A DNA stretch of 64,000 nucleotides from a virus (Duplodnaviria > Caudoviricetes), in the IMG/VR virus record IMGVR_UViG_3300037067_009690, positions 1-64,000 of that record; one strand, 5' to 3'. Of this stretch, positions 19,915 through 29,701 are shown piece by piece. Under the pieces are notes generated by a model. The model was not told where the DNA came from and made no database searches. It worked only from the letters and a program-made list of their open reading frames with translations. Positions within the stretch are counted from its first letter, which is position 1. Each line of letters opens with the position of its first letter. The translations under genes and the position numbers were made by a program.

Positions 19915-20377
19915 GATCCACGTCGGTGACATCGTCACCTACGAGCCCGAGAAGACCCCGAACCTCCAACCCGAGATGTCGTACCTGGGGCGCAGGTGGA
20001 TCGTCACCCAGGTCGGCACACACCAGCACGACGACGGCCACATCCGGGCGACCGCCCTCACGCCGGCCGACAACCCGACGTCGATCGCCAGGCACGCCCG
20101 CAACTGGCGGATCCTAGAGACCGCCGCGTACACGCGGGTCCCGGAGCCGCTGCCCACCGCGGTCGGGTCCGTGATCCGCGCACGATGCGCGGCGGGGACG
20201 GGGCTCACCTCCCCGCTGATGCTCATGCGCGTCACGGATGACACGTGGGTCGCCCAGGACGGGGCCACATGGGCCGACGCATCGGTTTACGTCCCCGGCC
20301 CGGACTTCGACGTTGTCAGTCTCCCGCGCCCGGACGCCATCCGCAGCGGAACAACCAGCAAGGAGGCCGCCAGGTGA
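19901..20377 (+). CDS. Hypothetical protein
   Basis: RBS GAGAGGA; operonic. Confidence 0.55.
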   Translation: MTSREIHVGDIVTYEPEKTPNLQPEMSYLGRRWIVTQVGTHQHDDGHIRATALTPADNPTSIARHARNWRILETAAYTRVPEPLPTAVGSVIRARCAAGTGLTSPLMLMRVTDDTWVAQDGATWADASVYVPGPDFDVVSLPRPDAIRSGTTSKEAAR

Positions 20378-20685
20378 CTGAGACCCCGATGACCGCCGAG
20401 GAGTTCGGTGGCCGCGAATACAACGGGCTGCTCGTCCAGCCGCTCACCGACGACGGCGAACTGTATGTCGCACACGGACACGTCGGAATGACCCAGTTCA
20501 TTCGCGCCATCCAGGAATGCGACCTAGCCGACTGTGGTGACGGCCTGCCGGATCTCACGGTCGACGACATCGACCACAGGTGGGCGACCCGAGTTAGCGG
20601 TGATGGCGTCGAGTACGAATGGCGCATCGATTGGTGCCAGTCGAACACGCCCGGAGCGTTCCCCGTCACCACATGGCAAGCCTGA
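20374..20685 (+). CDS. Hypothetical protein
   Basis: RBS AAGGAGG; GTGA overlap; PGAFPVT tail. Confidence 0.6.
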   Translation: MTETPMTAEEFGGREYNGLLVQPLTDDGELYVAHGHVGMTQFIRAIQECDLADCGDGLPDLTVDDIDHRWATRVSGDGVEYEWRIDWCQSNTPGAFPVTTWQA

Positions 20686-20694
20686 GGAGGATTA

Positions 20695-21012
20695 GTGACC
20701 ATGTATGCGCTTACCGAGGACATCGGTACCGGGATTCGGGCGATCGTCGGCAATGGCCAGCGGCTCGAGTTCCCACCCGAGGACGGCCCGATGCTCGCGG
20801 ACCTCCTCCACGACCAGTGGCCGCAGTGCGCCGGCGGCTGCGAGGCCCGCGAGGACGTCTGTGAATGCTGCAATTTCTGCCCGGATTGCGGGTCCTGCGA
20901 GGAATGCAAGGACGAGGAATGCCCCGAGTGTGGCACCGAAGTCCCTGAGGACGACATCTGCGATGACTGCGGGCACTGTACCGACTGCTGCGCATGCGAG
21001 GAGACTGCCTGA
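20695..21012 (+). CDS. Cys-rich acidic small protein
   Basis: RBS GAGGAGG; 17 Cys in the last 61 aa. Confidence 0.65.
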   Translation: MTMYALTEDIGTGIRAIVGNGQRLEFPPEDGPMLADLLHDQWPQCAGGCEAREDVCECCNFCPDCGSCEECKDEECPECGTEVPEDDICDDCGHCTDCCACEETA

Positions 21013-21932
21013 TGCCGACGCTGATCATCACCCGAGGCCTGCCGGGGTGCGGGAAAACAACGCGGGCCGTCACGTGGGTCGCCGAGGACCCCGTTGGCAG
21101 GGCGCGTGTGAACCGGGACGACCTGCGGTCCATGGCCCACGACGGGGCGTGGATCGGCCGGGACGCTGGGACTCCAGGGACGGAGCGGGCGATCACCGGC
21201 GCGCGGGACGCGGCCATCACGGCCATGCTGTCCGCCAGCGTGGACGTGGTGTGTGATGACACGAATCTCCCGGCGCGTGTTGTCCGGGACCTCATGGCCC
21301 TGGCTGGGCGGTGTGGCGCGCAGGTCGAGGTGTGGGACATGACCGACGTGGACGTGGACGTGTGTGTCGAGCGGGACGCGACAAGGGCGGGGAGTGCCCA
21401 GGTCGGGGCCGCCGTGATCCGCGGCCTGCACAACCGGCACATCGCTGGCCGCGCCTGTCCGCTGCCCGTCCCGGAGCCCAAGCCAGGACAGGAGCCGCCA
21501 GCCCCGTATGTGCCGCCCGAGGGGAAGCCGACGGCGTGGATCGTGGATGTCGACGGGACACTCGCCCACATGTCCGGCCGGAGCCCGTTCGACTGGGCCA
21601 GGGTCGGGGAGGACACCGCCAACCCAGCGGTCCTCGATTTCGTGAATACGGTCGCTCACCGACGCACGGTGATCGTCATGTCCGGCAGGGATGGGTCGTG
21701 TCGGGATGCGACGGAGGAATGGCTCCGTGACAACTTTGTTGCATTCGATCTGCTGCTCATGCGCGCCGAAGGGGATATGCGCGACGACACGATTGTGAAA
21801 CGCGAGTTGTTCGACCAGCACATCCGCGACCGGTTCCAAGTGGTCGGCGTGCTCGACGACCGGAACAAGGTCGTCGCAATGTGGCGGGCAATGGGGATCC
21901 CCTGTTTCCAGGTCGCCGAGGGGGACTTCTGA
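21012..21932 (+). CDS. pseT: Polynucleotide kinase/3'-phosphatase (T4 PseT-like)
   Basis: P-loop GLPGCGKTT, NRDDLR, CDDTN; HAD domain VDVDGTL, MSGR, DDR. Confidence 0.9.
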   Translation: MPTLIITRGLPGCGKTTRAVTWVAEDPVGRARVNRDDLRSMAHDGAWIGRDAGTPGTERAITGARDAAITAMLSASVDVVCDDTNLPARVVRDLMALAGRCGAQVEVWDMTDVDVDVCVERDATRAGSAQVGAAVIRGLHNRHIAGRACPLPVPEPKPGQEPPAPYVPPEGKPTAWIVDVDGTLAHMSGRSPFDWARVGEDTANPAVLDFVNTVAHRRTVIVMSGRDGSCRDATEEWLRDNFVAFDLLLMRAEGDMRDDTIVKRELFDQHIRDRFQVVGVLDDRNKVVAMWRAMGIPCFQVAEGDF

Positions 21933-22065
21933 TGGCAACGATCATCATCACGTGTAACCGGTGCGGCGGGCAGGCCACTACCACGTCTGTAGCCGAAACA
22001 ATGGCATGGGATGAGTCCCACGACGCCCATTGCCCCGCACTAACCGGCAGCGAGGACAATGGATC

Positions 22066-23145
22066 GTGAGCGCCAATACCAGCATCGCGTGGACCGATGC
22101 GACATGGTCGCCGGTTTCCGGGTGCACACGATTGTCGCCCGGCTGTGAGAACTGCTACATCGACCGGACTCCGCCGCTGCGGATGGCGCGGCGCAGGTTC
22201 GACCGCCCGGGTGTCGGCGGGACCACAGGGGTCCTGCTGCACCCGGAGCGCCTCGGGCAGCCGCTCCGCTGGCGGAAGCCACGCCGGGTGTTCGTGTGCT
22301 CAATGTCGGACCTGTTCCACGACTCCGTCCCCGACGGGTTCATCGCCCAAGTCTGGGACGTGATGGGGCAGTGTCCCCAGCACACATTCCAGATCCTCAC
22401 CAAGCGCCCCGCGCGGATGAGGTCCTGGGTGACCCGCTGGGCCGACACCATCAGTGACGCCGGCATGGTTCCTGGGTTTCCGTCGGCCCGGGGCCCTGAG
22501 GCCGTCCGCGGCACCTACACGTCCGGCAGGGCGCGGCTGTTCGCCGACATGCTCGACTCGATGGGTGACCCGCCGGACGGCTGCGCGTACCCGCTGTACG
22601 ACTGGATGGAGGGGCAGCGGTTCTGGCCGGCCGTCCTCCCGAATGTGCATCTGGGTGTGACAGCGGAGGACCAGGACCGAGCGGACCAGCGGATCCCTGT
22701 CCTCTTCGACACGCCAGCGGCCGTCAGGTGGGTGTCCGTGGAGCCGATGCTCGGGCCGATCGACCTGGGCGGTGTCGCTGGCATCGACGCGCTTCACCCG
22801 GACTGGATGGGCGGCGCGGGTGGCGGCACTGGGGCGAGGCACCCGCTGCTCGACTGGGTCGTCGGCGGCGGTGAGTCGGGGCCGGGTGCGCGGCCCATGG
22901 AATTGGATTGGGCGACATCAATCCGTGACCAGTGCGTCAATGCCGGCGTCCCATTCTTTTTCAAACAATGGGGTAACTGGTGTCGGCCCGACCAGTTACC
23001 GGACGACTCATACCGTGAATGGGAACAAGCAAGCAACGACATTCACGTCATCGACCGGCCGCTCAAGTTTCGGTCAACGAAGTTCACGGGCCGACTCCTG
23101 GACGGCCAGACATGGGACCAATACCCGAAGGAGACATTGAGGTGA
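22066..23145 (+). CDS. Phage Gp37/Gp68 (DUF5131) family protein
   Basis: IAWTDATWSPVSGCTRLSPGCENCY, VFVCSMSDLFH, FQILTKRP, VSVEPML, DWVVGGGESG, PFFFKQWG. Confidence 0.92.
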   Translation: MSANTSIAWTDATWSPVSGCTRLSPGCENCYIDRTPPLRMARRRFDRPGVGGTTGVLLHPERLGQPLRWRKPRRVFVCSMSDLFHDSVPDGFIAQVWDVMGQCPQHTFQILTKRPARMRSWVTRWADTISDAGMVPGFPSARGPEAVRGTYTSGRARLFADMLDSMGDPPDGCAYPLYDWMEGQRFWPAVLPNVHLGVTAEDQDRADQRIPVLFDTPAAVRWVSVEPMLGPIDLGGVAGIDALHPDWMGGAGGGTGARHPLLDWVVGGGESGPGARPMELDWATSIRDQCVNAGVPFFFKQWGNWCRPDQLPDDSYREWEQASNDIHVIDRPLKFRSTKFTGRLLDGQTWDQYPKETLR

Positions 23146-23762
23146 CAGACGTGGGAGTGTACAAGCGGCGTGACCCGGCGGTCCGGGCCATCCAATACGA
23201 CGGGACATCGGTGTCCGCGTCGCAGGTACTGGCGTTCGTGAACCAGTCCCGCGACTACGCGGCATCCCGGGCAGTCATTCCATCCGGAGAAACCATTCTC
23301 CTGTTCTGCCGGACCGACAGGGTCACCACCACCACGGCCATCACCGACGGGGACTGGGTCGTCAACGAATTTGATGGCACCATGCGCGTATTCCCGCACG
23401 CGTCTTTCGCCCAGGAGTACCAGGCGTGCTCTGATCCCGGGTACATGGGCGCAGTGTTCGACGACCCGCTGCGCATGGAGGACGACGAAGTGGGCGAGAT
23501 GGTCCACTGGAGTCTGTCCAAGGATTGCGTCTTGGATTTCATCGATGACCGGGGTGTTGAGTCGGAGTTCGTGCCTGCCGTGGGCCCCCGGGGTGTGCAC
23601 GTCACGATCTCGACCGGCCCGGATTTCCCGGGGTCCGGGGTCCAGCATCGGGCCGTGACCGCCGACCAACTGGAGGCGTACGCGCGGAGGCTGCGCGGCC
23701 TCGCCTATGAGTGCCGGCTCCGCGATGCCGCGGCCTCGACCGAGACGGAGACCTCGCCGTGA
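23142..23762 (+). CDS. Hypothetical protein
   Basis: VRAIQYDG...GDWVV motif; GTGA overlap. Confidence 0.6.
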   Translation: MTDVGVYKRRDPAVRAIQYDGTSVSASQVLAFVNQSRDYAASRAVIPSGETILLFCRTDRVTTTTAITDGDWVVNEFDGTMRVFPHASFAQEYQACSDPGYMGAVFDDPLRMEDDEVGEMVHWSLSKDCVLDFIDDRGVESEFVPAVGPRGVHVTISTGPDFPGSGVQHRAVTADQLEAYARRLRGLAYECRLRDAAASTETETSP

Positions 23763-24265
23763 CCACTGAGCCGCCTGCCGCCCCACAGGACCCGTCCGAG
23801 CTGGTGGCCGTGTCCCTGGCCCGACTGGACGCCCTGGAGGCGCTCCACTACCACGCGGCGTCCCTGCTCCGGGACGACGGGACGTCCACCGTGTCGATCG
23901 GTGCCCTGGCCGGGGATGTCGTGGCCGTGGCCGTCACGTCGTCCATGCGGCACGCGTGCGCGTGCACGCCCCGCCTGGTCCGTACGGCCGCTGATATCCG
24001 GGCCCTAGGCCAGGCTGTCGCCGACGGAGACCCCGACGCCGCCCCCGACGGCGTGCCCATGGTGATACTGGTGGAGGACTGTGACGTGCCGCGTGTATGG
24101 ACGGTGGTCGGCGTACTGCACGGTGACCCAGGTGACCCGCCGACTGTGTATATGACGGAGTGCTGGGGTCGGAACACCCGGTGGCTCACTGACCGCGCCA
24201 CTGACGATGGGATCGCCGGCCACGGCCCGTGGCGGGTTGCGTGGAGCAGGGGAGTGCAGTGGTGA
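23759..24265 (+). CDS. Hypothetical protein
   Basis: GTGA overlap; operonic. Confidence 0.5.
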   Translation: MTTEPPAAPQDPSELVAVSLARLDALEALHYHAASLLRDDGTSTVSIGALAGDVVAVAVTSSMRHACACTPRLVRTAADIRALGQAVADGDPDAAPDGVPMVILVEDCDVPRVWTVVGVLHGDPGDPPTVYMTECWGRNTRWLTDRATDDGIAGHGPWRVAWSRGVQW

Positions 24266-24624
24266 GCGTGCGGACAGGACTCGGGGCGATGCGGGTGCAG
24301 GTGTGGTGCTGCGTGGTACCAGCGCACCGGATGGTCGAGTGGCGCGGTGACGTCGCGCACTGCGTGGAGCCCGGGTGCCAGGTGACATCGGATGTCACTG
24401 GCGAGTGGATCCGGGAGGCCGCGGACATTGGCGCCCGGGAGGCGCTGGAGGCGATGGCTGTGTTCCTGCTCGGCGTGTCCGGCGACATGCCCCCAGGCCA
24501 TCCGTGGCGCCAGAAATACATGGACGCCGCGAACCTCGTCGGCGACCCGGAGCACATCGACACCGTCATCCGACTCCTGGCTGCGCGACCGGGACGTCCC
24601 GCCGCCGAGAATGGGAGCCAGTAA
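24262..24624 (+). CDS. Hypothetical protein
   Basis: GTGA overlap; operonic. Confidence 0.5.
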   Translation: MSVRTGLGAMRVQVWCCVVPAHRMVEWRGDVAHCVEPGCQVTSDVTGEWIREAADIGAREALEAMAVFLLGVSGDMPPGHPWRQKYMDAANLVGDPEHIDTVIRLLAARPGRPAAENGSQ

Positions 24625-24887
24625 TGGGCTGGGCATCCGCAGGAGCCATTTTCAACCCCATCGCGCAGGCACTCATTAACCTGGGCGCGCCAGACGAAAT
24701 GAAACGAGAAATCCTCGGGAAACTGATCGGTGTCCTCCAAGGCGAGGACTGGGACACTGAAGAAGAGTCCCTCGACCGGTTCGCTGATGATCCTGTGATT
24801 GTGCAGGCATTCGCGGACCACGGCGTCCCCGGATGCAATGTCTGCGGCGGATACGAATGCGACTGCGAAGAGGAGGAAACCACGTGA
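24624..24887 (+). CDS. Conserved actinophage hypothetical protein
   Basis: MGWASAGAIF...EDWDTEEES; TAATG overlap. Confidence 0.65.
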   Translation: MGWASAGAIFNPIAQALINLGAPDEMKREILGKLIGVLQGEDWDTEEESLDRFADDPVIVQAFADHGVPGCNVCGGYECDCEEEETT

Positions 24888-25645
24888 TTGTCAGTGGTGA
24901 GGTGCCGCGGTGTTTCATGCTCGTCCGGGAGACCGACGTTACTGGCGTGTCGGGGACCGGAGCGGTAGCGGATGGCGTCCGGTGGCCGGACGGTTCGGTG
25001 ACCGTCAGGTGGCGCGGGGAATGGCCGACCGTCCAGCACCACGACCGCGGCCAGGATTCGGTCGACCACATCCACGGTCACGGCGGCGCGACCCGCGTCG
25101 TGTGGCTCGACCCGGACGTCCTTGACGCGGACCTCACGGAGGCCCGACGGCTGGCCGAGAACGCCGCGATGGCGGAGGCCGAGAACTGCGACGACGCGCA
25201 GCTCCTCGCCGACTACCGGGCCGCGAACAAGCACATGCTCCCGGTCATCTACGAGGCCGCACGGCTCCGGGCCGCACTCCACGCCACGCACACCACCACC
25301 CGAGGCGGAATCGAGTGGCGCCGGGAGTCCATCACGTTCCTGCGGGACCGGGACATCCCGTCGCCCGATGGGCCTGAGCGGGACAGCCTGCACCGGTGGC
25401 GGGTCCACCTCGGAGGGACCAATGAGGCGTGCGCCTGGCGGTTGGAGCGCGAGGGACGCGTCGGGTGGCCGTCGATCCGGTGCGCCCCGAGCGGACTCCA
25501 GGTGCACGTGCGTGAGGTCGACACCCCGTGCGACTGCGCCGAGAGTGGCGCTATCGCGGCCGCCACGGTGTGGTGCAGGACATGCGGGAAGGTGTCCCCG
25601 GCCGGCACCCCACACGACAACTGCGGCGCCGAGATGACGCCATGA
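24884..25645 (+). CDS. Hypothetical protein with conserved DVTGVSGTGAVADGV domain
   Basis: FMLVRETDVTGVSGTG...HGHGGATRVVW motif common in actinophages. Confidence 0.65.
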   Translation: MIVSGEVPRCFMLVRETDVTGVSGTGAVADGVRWPDGSVTVRWRGEWPTVQHHDRGQDSVDHIHGHGGATRVVWLDPDVLDADLTEARRLAENAAMAEAENCDDAQLLADYRAANKHMLPVIYEAARLRAALHATHTTTRGGIEWRRESITFLRDRDIPSPDGPERDSLHRWRVHLGGTNEACAWRLEREGRVGWPSIRCAPSGLQVHVREVDTPCDCAESGAIAAATVWCRTCGKVSPAGTPHDNCGAEMTP

Positions 25646-25980
25646 CCAGCAGGAGCGACATTCCACCCATCGACGTGACTGCCCACACGTATCGCGTGTC
25701 GCCGTTTCCCACAGACAGTGAGGCCGGCAAACTGTGGGCGGCCTGGATCAAGTCGGATAACCACGGGCGATGGCTGGTGTCGAGCGCATACAGTTCAGTC
25801 CCCGAAGAATACCTCACCCGTGACGGATGGTGGACTTTCCAGAAAGGCGACGACACCCTGTATTCATTTGAGGACGCCGAGAAACTGGCGCGCGAAGCAG
25901 TGACGAAGATAGTCGTCAACGGTATTGATATTCATGGTGCCGTGAAACGGGAGGTGCCGCGCCGTGGCCACGCCGAGTGA
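25642..25980 (+). CDS. Hypothetical protein
   Basis: ATGA overlap. Confidence 0.55.
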   Translation: MTSRSDIPPIDVTAHTYRVSPFPTDSEAGKLWAAWIKSDNHGRWLVSSAYSSVPEEYLTRDGWWTFQKGDDTLYSFEDAEKLAREAVTKIVVNGIDIHGAVKREVPRRGHAE

Positions 25981-26188
25981 CGCTGTCCGGGAGGCCGTGC
26001 ACGCCCGGATCAGCGACGCCCTGACCGACGTCGGGATCGTCGGCCGGTGGGCCCTGGTCGCCGAGGTCATCGACATGGACGGCCGCACCTCGGTGCTGAC
26101 CGTCCCTGCACCGGGACTCGCCGCATGGGAATGCATGGGCCTCCACGGGCACGCACAAGCCCTCGCGAAGGAGGCGAGCATCCAGTGA
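25964..26188 (+). CDS. Hypothetical protein
   Basis: RBS GGAGG; RWALVAEVIDMDG motif. Confidence 0.55.
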   Translation: MATPSDAVREAVHARISDALTDVGIVGRWALVAEVIDMDGRTSVLTVPAPGLAAWECMGLHGHAQALAKEASIQ

Positions 26189-26889
26189 CAATCATCCACC
26201 TGGTCGACCCCGGGGCTCCGGCCCGGCCGCCACTGACGGTCGCCGAGTCCCACGTCCTCAACGTCCCGGCCGAGACGAGCCGCGCGGCGCTCCTCGCGCA
26301 TACCCGCAGGGTCGCCCAGCTCCTCGCGGAGCTGTCGACCGCTAGGGGCATGCCGGAGGCCAGGCAGGTCCACGAGCACCACGGGTGGGCGTGGCTTCCC
26401 GCCCTGGGGGTGGCCCTTTCGCAGGCCCTGGACCTGGGCATGGAGACCGATCCGGGGCGGGTTCACGGGTGGGTCGGGGACCATGCGTTCCCGTCCGGGA
26501 GATGGTCGATGCGGGATGCGCTGCGCGTAGATGTCCCCAGGTACCAGCACGGCAGGACCGTGTCGTGGTGCCCGATCCCCGGGCCCCGAGGCGGGGCGTG
26601 CAAGCAACCCGGGAGAACGTTCACGCGGCTAGTCACCGACCCTATGACCGGTGACTGGGTGCTCGCCATGGTGTGCCCGGCGCATCGGCCCCAGGTCGAC
26701 GCCGCGCGGATCGCCGCGCCAACGCCGCCACCGAACCGCGGCGGGATCCTCGCCAGGGTGTTCCCCGAGTGGGACCTCGACGGGTTGTACGGGTGGGCTG
26801 ACGACCGGTACACAGCCACCGGCGAGGTCCTGGGGGCCAATCCGGTGAAGCGCCCGAGGCTCCGGGTTATAGACGGAGGGATATCTTGA
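26185..26889 (+). CDS. Hypothetical protein
   Basis: GTGA overlap; RPRLRVIDGG tail. Confidence 0.55.
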   Translation: MTIIHLVDPGAPARPPLTVAESHVLNVPAETSRAALLAHTRRVAQLLAELSTARGMPEARQVHEHHGWAWLPALGVALSQALDLGMETDPGRVHGWVGDHAFPSGRWSMRDALRVDVPRYQHGRTVSWCPIPGPRGGACKQPGRTFTRLVTDPMTGDWVLAMVCPAHRPQVDAARIAAPTPPPNRGGILARVFPEWDLDGLYGWADDRYTATGEVLGANPVKRPRLRVIDGGIS

Positions 26890-27329
26890 GAGGGCGCGCC
26901 AATCGGGCTGTATTCATGGTCGACGGTCCGGCCGCTGGTTGTGTCGAGCAGGTAAAAGGCAACGTATTCAACGTTGTCGAAAGCGTAGGATCCCCACTCA
27001 GTGCGTATACGCAAGACGGGTACCCTGACGTATTTTTCACGTACACGGTGCGCACGATTGCAATCCCAATGGAACCGATCAGCAAATGCCCGGAATGCTT
27101 GTCGCGGCTAGAACCAATAGCATTCCGGTATATGGCGTACCACGATATCGGGTTATGCGGGCGCGTGAACGGAAATGATCCCGCCGTAATGGCAGCGCTC
27201 ACGCCGTCTATCGCGTCCTGCGAAGAGACGCTTATCGAGAAGCGCACTCTGTACTGCAATGGGTGCCACCGCGTCAACCCAGGCCAGATATACAACCATG
27301 TCGCCAAGGAGACCACCAAAAATGGCTGA
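26886..27329 (+). CDS. Hypothetical protein (lower GC)
   Basis: CPEC and CNGC pairs; TTGA overlap. Confidence 0.5.
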   Translation: MRGRANRAVFMVDGPAAGCVEQVKGNVFNVVESVGSPLSAYTQDGYPDVFFTYTVRTIAIPMEPISKCPECLSRLEPIAFRYMAYHDIGLCGRVNGNDPAVMAALTPSIASCEETLIEKRTLYCNGCHRVNPGQIYNHVAKETTKNG

Positions 27330-27609
27330 TACGACTGTTGAAACGCTACGCCGTCAACTCATTACGGCATCAGAAATGTGGCAGAAACGATCCGACACCA
27401 CACTGTCCAACACGGGACACGACGACCCAGGCGCCACCATGGCCGCCATCTACGCATACACCCTCGCCGCAACTCTCCGGATCATCAATGACCAGTACAG
27501 CGAGGAAGTAGCACAGTGTCTCGCCACTGACATCACCGGCATCCTCACCGATGGTGACTTCGATGACGTCAACGGCGACATCCTCGTCGCAGAAGGCGGC
27601 GTCCGGTGA
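27322..27609 (+). CDS. Hypothetical protein
   Basis: RBS AAGGAG. Confidence 0.55.
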   Translation: MADTTVETLRRQLITASEMWQKRSDTTLSNTGHDDPGATMAAIYAYTLAATLRIINDQYSEEVAQCLATDITGILTDGDFDDVNGDILVAEGGVR

Positions 27610-27739
27610 TGTCGACTGACCCGGCTTGCGACATGTGTGGCGGGACTATCCACGTGCGGCCCGTGAAGGTCGACCTGGATGTACCAGTGGTGTTGCTGTG
27701 CGGCCCGTGCTGGTACGGGATGCTCGCCGGGGAGGGTGC

Positions 27740-27961
27740 GTGACCGCCCACGGCCCGGAAGAGTTGGCTCGGTGGATGGCGTGGCTGGGGACAACGGACT
27801 GCCCGTGCGACCACCGGTGGAACAACGCCAGGGCGACCCTGCACGGCATGTGGATGCGCAACGGCTGGGAACGGACAACCACGGAGGCCGGATGCCCGCA
27901 CCACGGGACCGACGCCGAGGCCGCCCGGGAACAGCGGAACAGGGAAGCGGGGATCTGGTGA
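27740..27961 (+). CDS. Hypothetical protein
   Basis: RBS GGAGG; CPC and CPHH motifs. Confidence 0.45.
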   Translation: MTAHGPEELARWMAWLGTTDCPCDHRWNNARATLHGMWMRNGWERTTTEAGCPHHGTDAEAAREQRNREAGIW

Positions 27962-28521
27962 CTCGTCGTCGCCGAGCGTCTACCGTTCGCACCAGGCTGG
28001 TTACATCCACCGATGAGGCGCCGTCTAGACCGCACGCAAGAGCGAGAACTGTCGCGCGGCAGGCAATGGATAGGACCGTGGCGGCACCATGGCGCAGCGG
28101 TGGCGACGACACCAGTAGCGCAACGGCGAAGCCGCGCCTTAAGGAAACGAAACCATCCGCAGCGAAACCTAGGGGTAAGACGAGGAGGCTCCGGCAATCG
28201 GAAGTCTGGGAGTCGAGCGACCTTAACCGCCCGCGCCCCAAGGTCGGCCCACTATCGCTTCCACGTATCCTGCATCTGCGGGCGATGCCGTACCGGGAGT
28301 ATCTGAGGACACCGGAGTGGACGGCACGCAGAATCGGGAAGATCGTTGACGCGGATGGGCGCTGCCAGGTTTGCAATTCTCCGAAGGATCTTGAGGTGCA
28401 TCACCGAACCTATGAGCGTCGCGGCGCCGAGAAGTGGAACGACTTGACGGTGCTGTGCGCCGAGTGTCACGGGCTGTTCAGTGCGCACGGGAAAATGGTC
28501 AAGGATGCGGGTGGGAAGTAG
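27958..28521 (+). CDS. HNH endonuclease
   Basis: CQVCNSPKDLEVHHRTY...LTVLCAECH. Confidence 0.85.
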   Translation: MTRRRRASTVRTRLVTSTDEAPSRPHARARTVARQAMDRTVAAPWRSGGDDTSSATAKPRLKETKPSAAKPRGKTRRLRQSEVWESSDLNRPRPKVGPLSLPRILHLRAMPYREYLRTPEWTARRIGKIVDADGRCQVCNSPKDLEVHHRTYERRGAEKWNDLTVLCAECHGLFSAHGKMVKDAGGK

Positions 28522-28630
28522 GCGAGAAGCCCCACGGTCTACTGCACCAACCGGGCCTGGGTGAGGGATAGGCGGAAACCATCCGTCGCGCGGACAGGAG
28601 TTATCCATCAGCGCGGCAGTGAAATGAAAC

Positions 28631-28660
28631 GGTCCGCCCGGGTTGCAGCCCGGGCGGACC
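28631..28660. terminator. Hairpin between convergent operons, probable bidirectional terminator
   Basis: GGTCCGCCCGGG-TTGCAG-CCCGGGCGGACC, perfect 12-bp stem. Confidence 0.7.
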
Positions 28661-28705
28661 AGGAACCAGATGACCCCCTCTAAGGAATCTCAGGTGCGCG
28701 CCAAG

Positions 28706-29239
28706 CTACCCGATGATCCTCGCGGCTAGCCCGGCGGGCCACTCCGGGGGCCACCCGGCGGACACCGACACCAGCCACGCCACCACCGGAACCAGCGCGG
28801 CACGCGCCACAGCCTCCGACAGGCCACCGACCTTGAGGCCGACGCCGACCCTGCACCACCAGGGCATCACCGGGATCCCGCCGTCCGCGCCGAACAAGAA
28901 GTCCCCGACCAGATGCGACGACCACCCGGCGACGAGGGCCACCGCCCACCACGGCCCGGACGTGACCCACAGCGCCGCGCCTGCCACCAATGGCAGCGCG
29001 AACCAGTGAGTGATCCCGCGGTGCCGCATCGGGCCGCTCTCCCCCAACCACTCGTCGGGGAGCCACCGGTCCAGGAGGCGCCACCACGCGGACTGGTCCA
29101 TGTCGGGTGACGTGTGCCCGGCGGATGTGATCATCGCCAGCGGGACGCAGAGGACCTGTTGCCACCAGGGGAGGCCAAGGACGTGCCCGGTGACGATGCC
29201 GGTTGCGGCTCCCAGGAGAGCGTGTGTCGGGCCGTTCAC
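28706..29239 (-). CDS. Metal-dependent membrane hydrolase (YdjM-like)
   Basis: GPTHALLG, PDMD, HRGITH, GWSSHLVGD motifs; hydrophobic segments. Confidence 0.85.
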   Translation of the reverse strand: MNGPTHALLGAATGIVTGHVLGLPWWQQVLCVPLAMITSAGHTSPDMDQSAWWRLLDRWLPDEWLGESGPMRHRGITHWFALPLVAGAALWVTSGPWWAVALVAGWSSHLVGDFLFGADGGIPVMPWWCRVGVGLKVGGLSEAVARAALVPVVAWLVSVSAGWPPEWPAGLAARIIG

Positions 29240-29359
29240 TGAGTACCCCCATCAGGTTAGGTTAGGCTACTTTTACTGTCGATAACTCCTGCTTATCGGC
29301 GGTAACTTTTCACAAGAAAACCTTGATCGAAAACAGTTGTGATCTTGAACCGTTGAAGA

Positions 29360-29686
29360 TCAGAAACGGTATGGGGACCGCCACACCCGCACCGCCACCA
29401 CCACGACGCCCACCACGGCCGCACCCCCCGCTACCCATGGCCACGCCATACCCAGGACACGTGACCAGTCGATGGCCATGACCACCCTGGTCGCCGCGTA
29501 CCCAATCGCGCCCAGGATGCCCAGCATGACCAGCCGGCCGCCGAACAGGGTCCGTAGCCATGACCGCTTGCCCAGCTCGATCTGAGCGAACCCCTTGGTC
29601 TGCTGGTCACCGATGAGCATGGCCAGGTGCGGGTGTCGTGTCCCGAACTCCTCGCGGGCACCCGCGCGACGCAACGGACTGGGCAT
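29360..29686 (-). CDS. Membrane protein in the transfer operon
   Basis: Two hydrophobic segments; RBS GGGGAGG. Confidence 0.55.
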   Translation of the reverse strand: MPSPLRRAGAREEFGTRHPHLAMLIGDQQTKGFAQIELGKRSWLRTLFGGRLVMLGILGAIGYAATRVVMAIDWSRVLGMAWPWVAGGAAVVGVVVVAVRVWRSPYRF

Positions 29687-29701
29687 GAGGTCCTCCCCTG
29701 G

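Noticed and set aside
20316-21938. 540-aa minus-strand ORF (also 14690-15826, 18493-19914 upstream part, 54405-55568 and similar)
   Set aside because: Antisense shadows of genes with clear motifs; typical of about 70% GC DNA.
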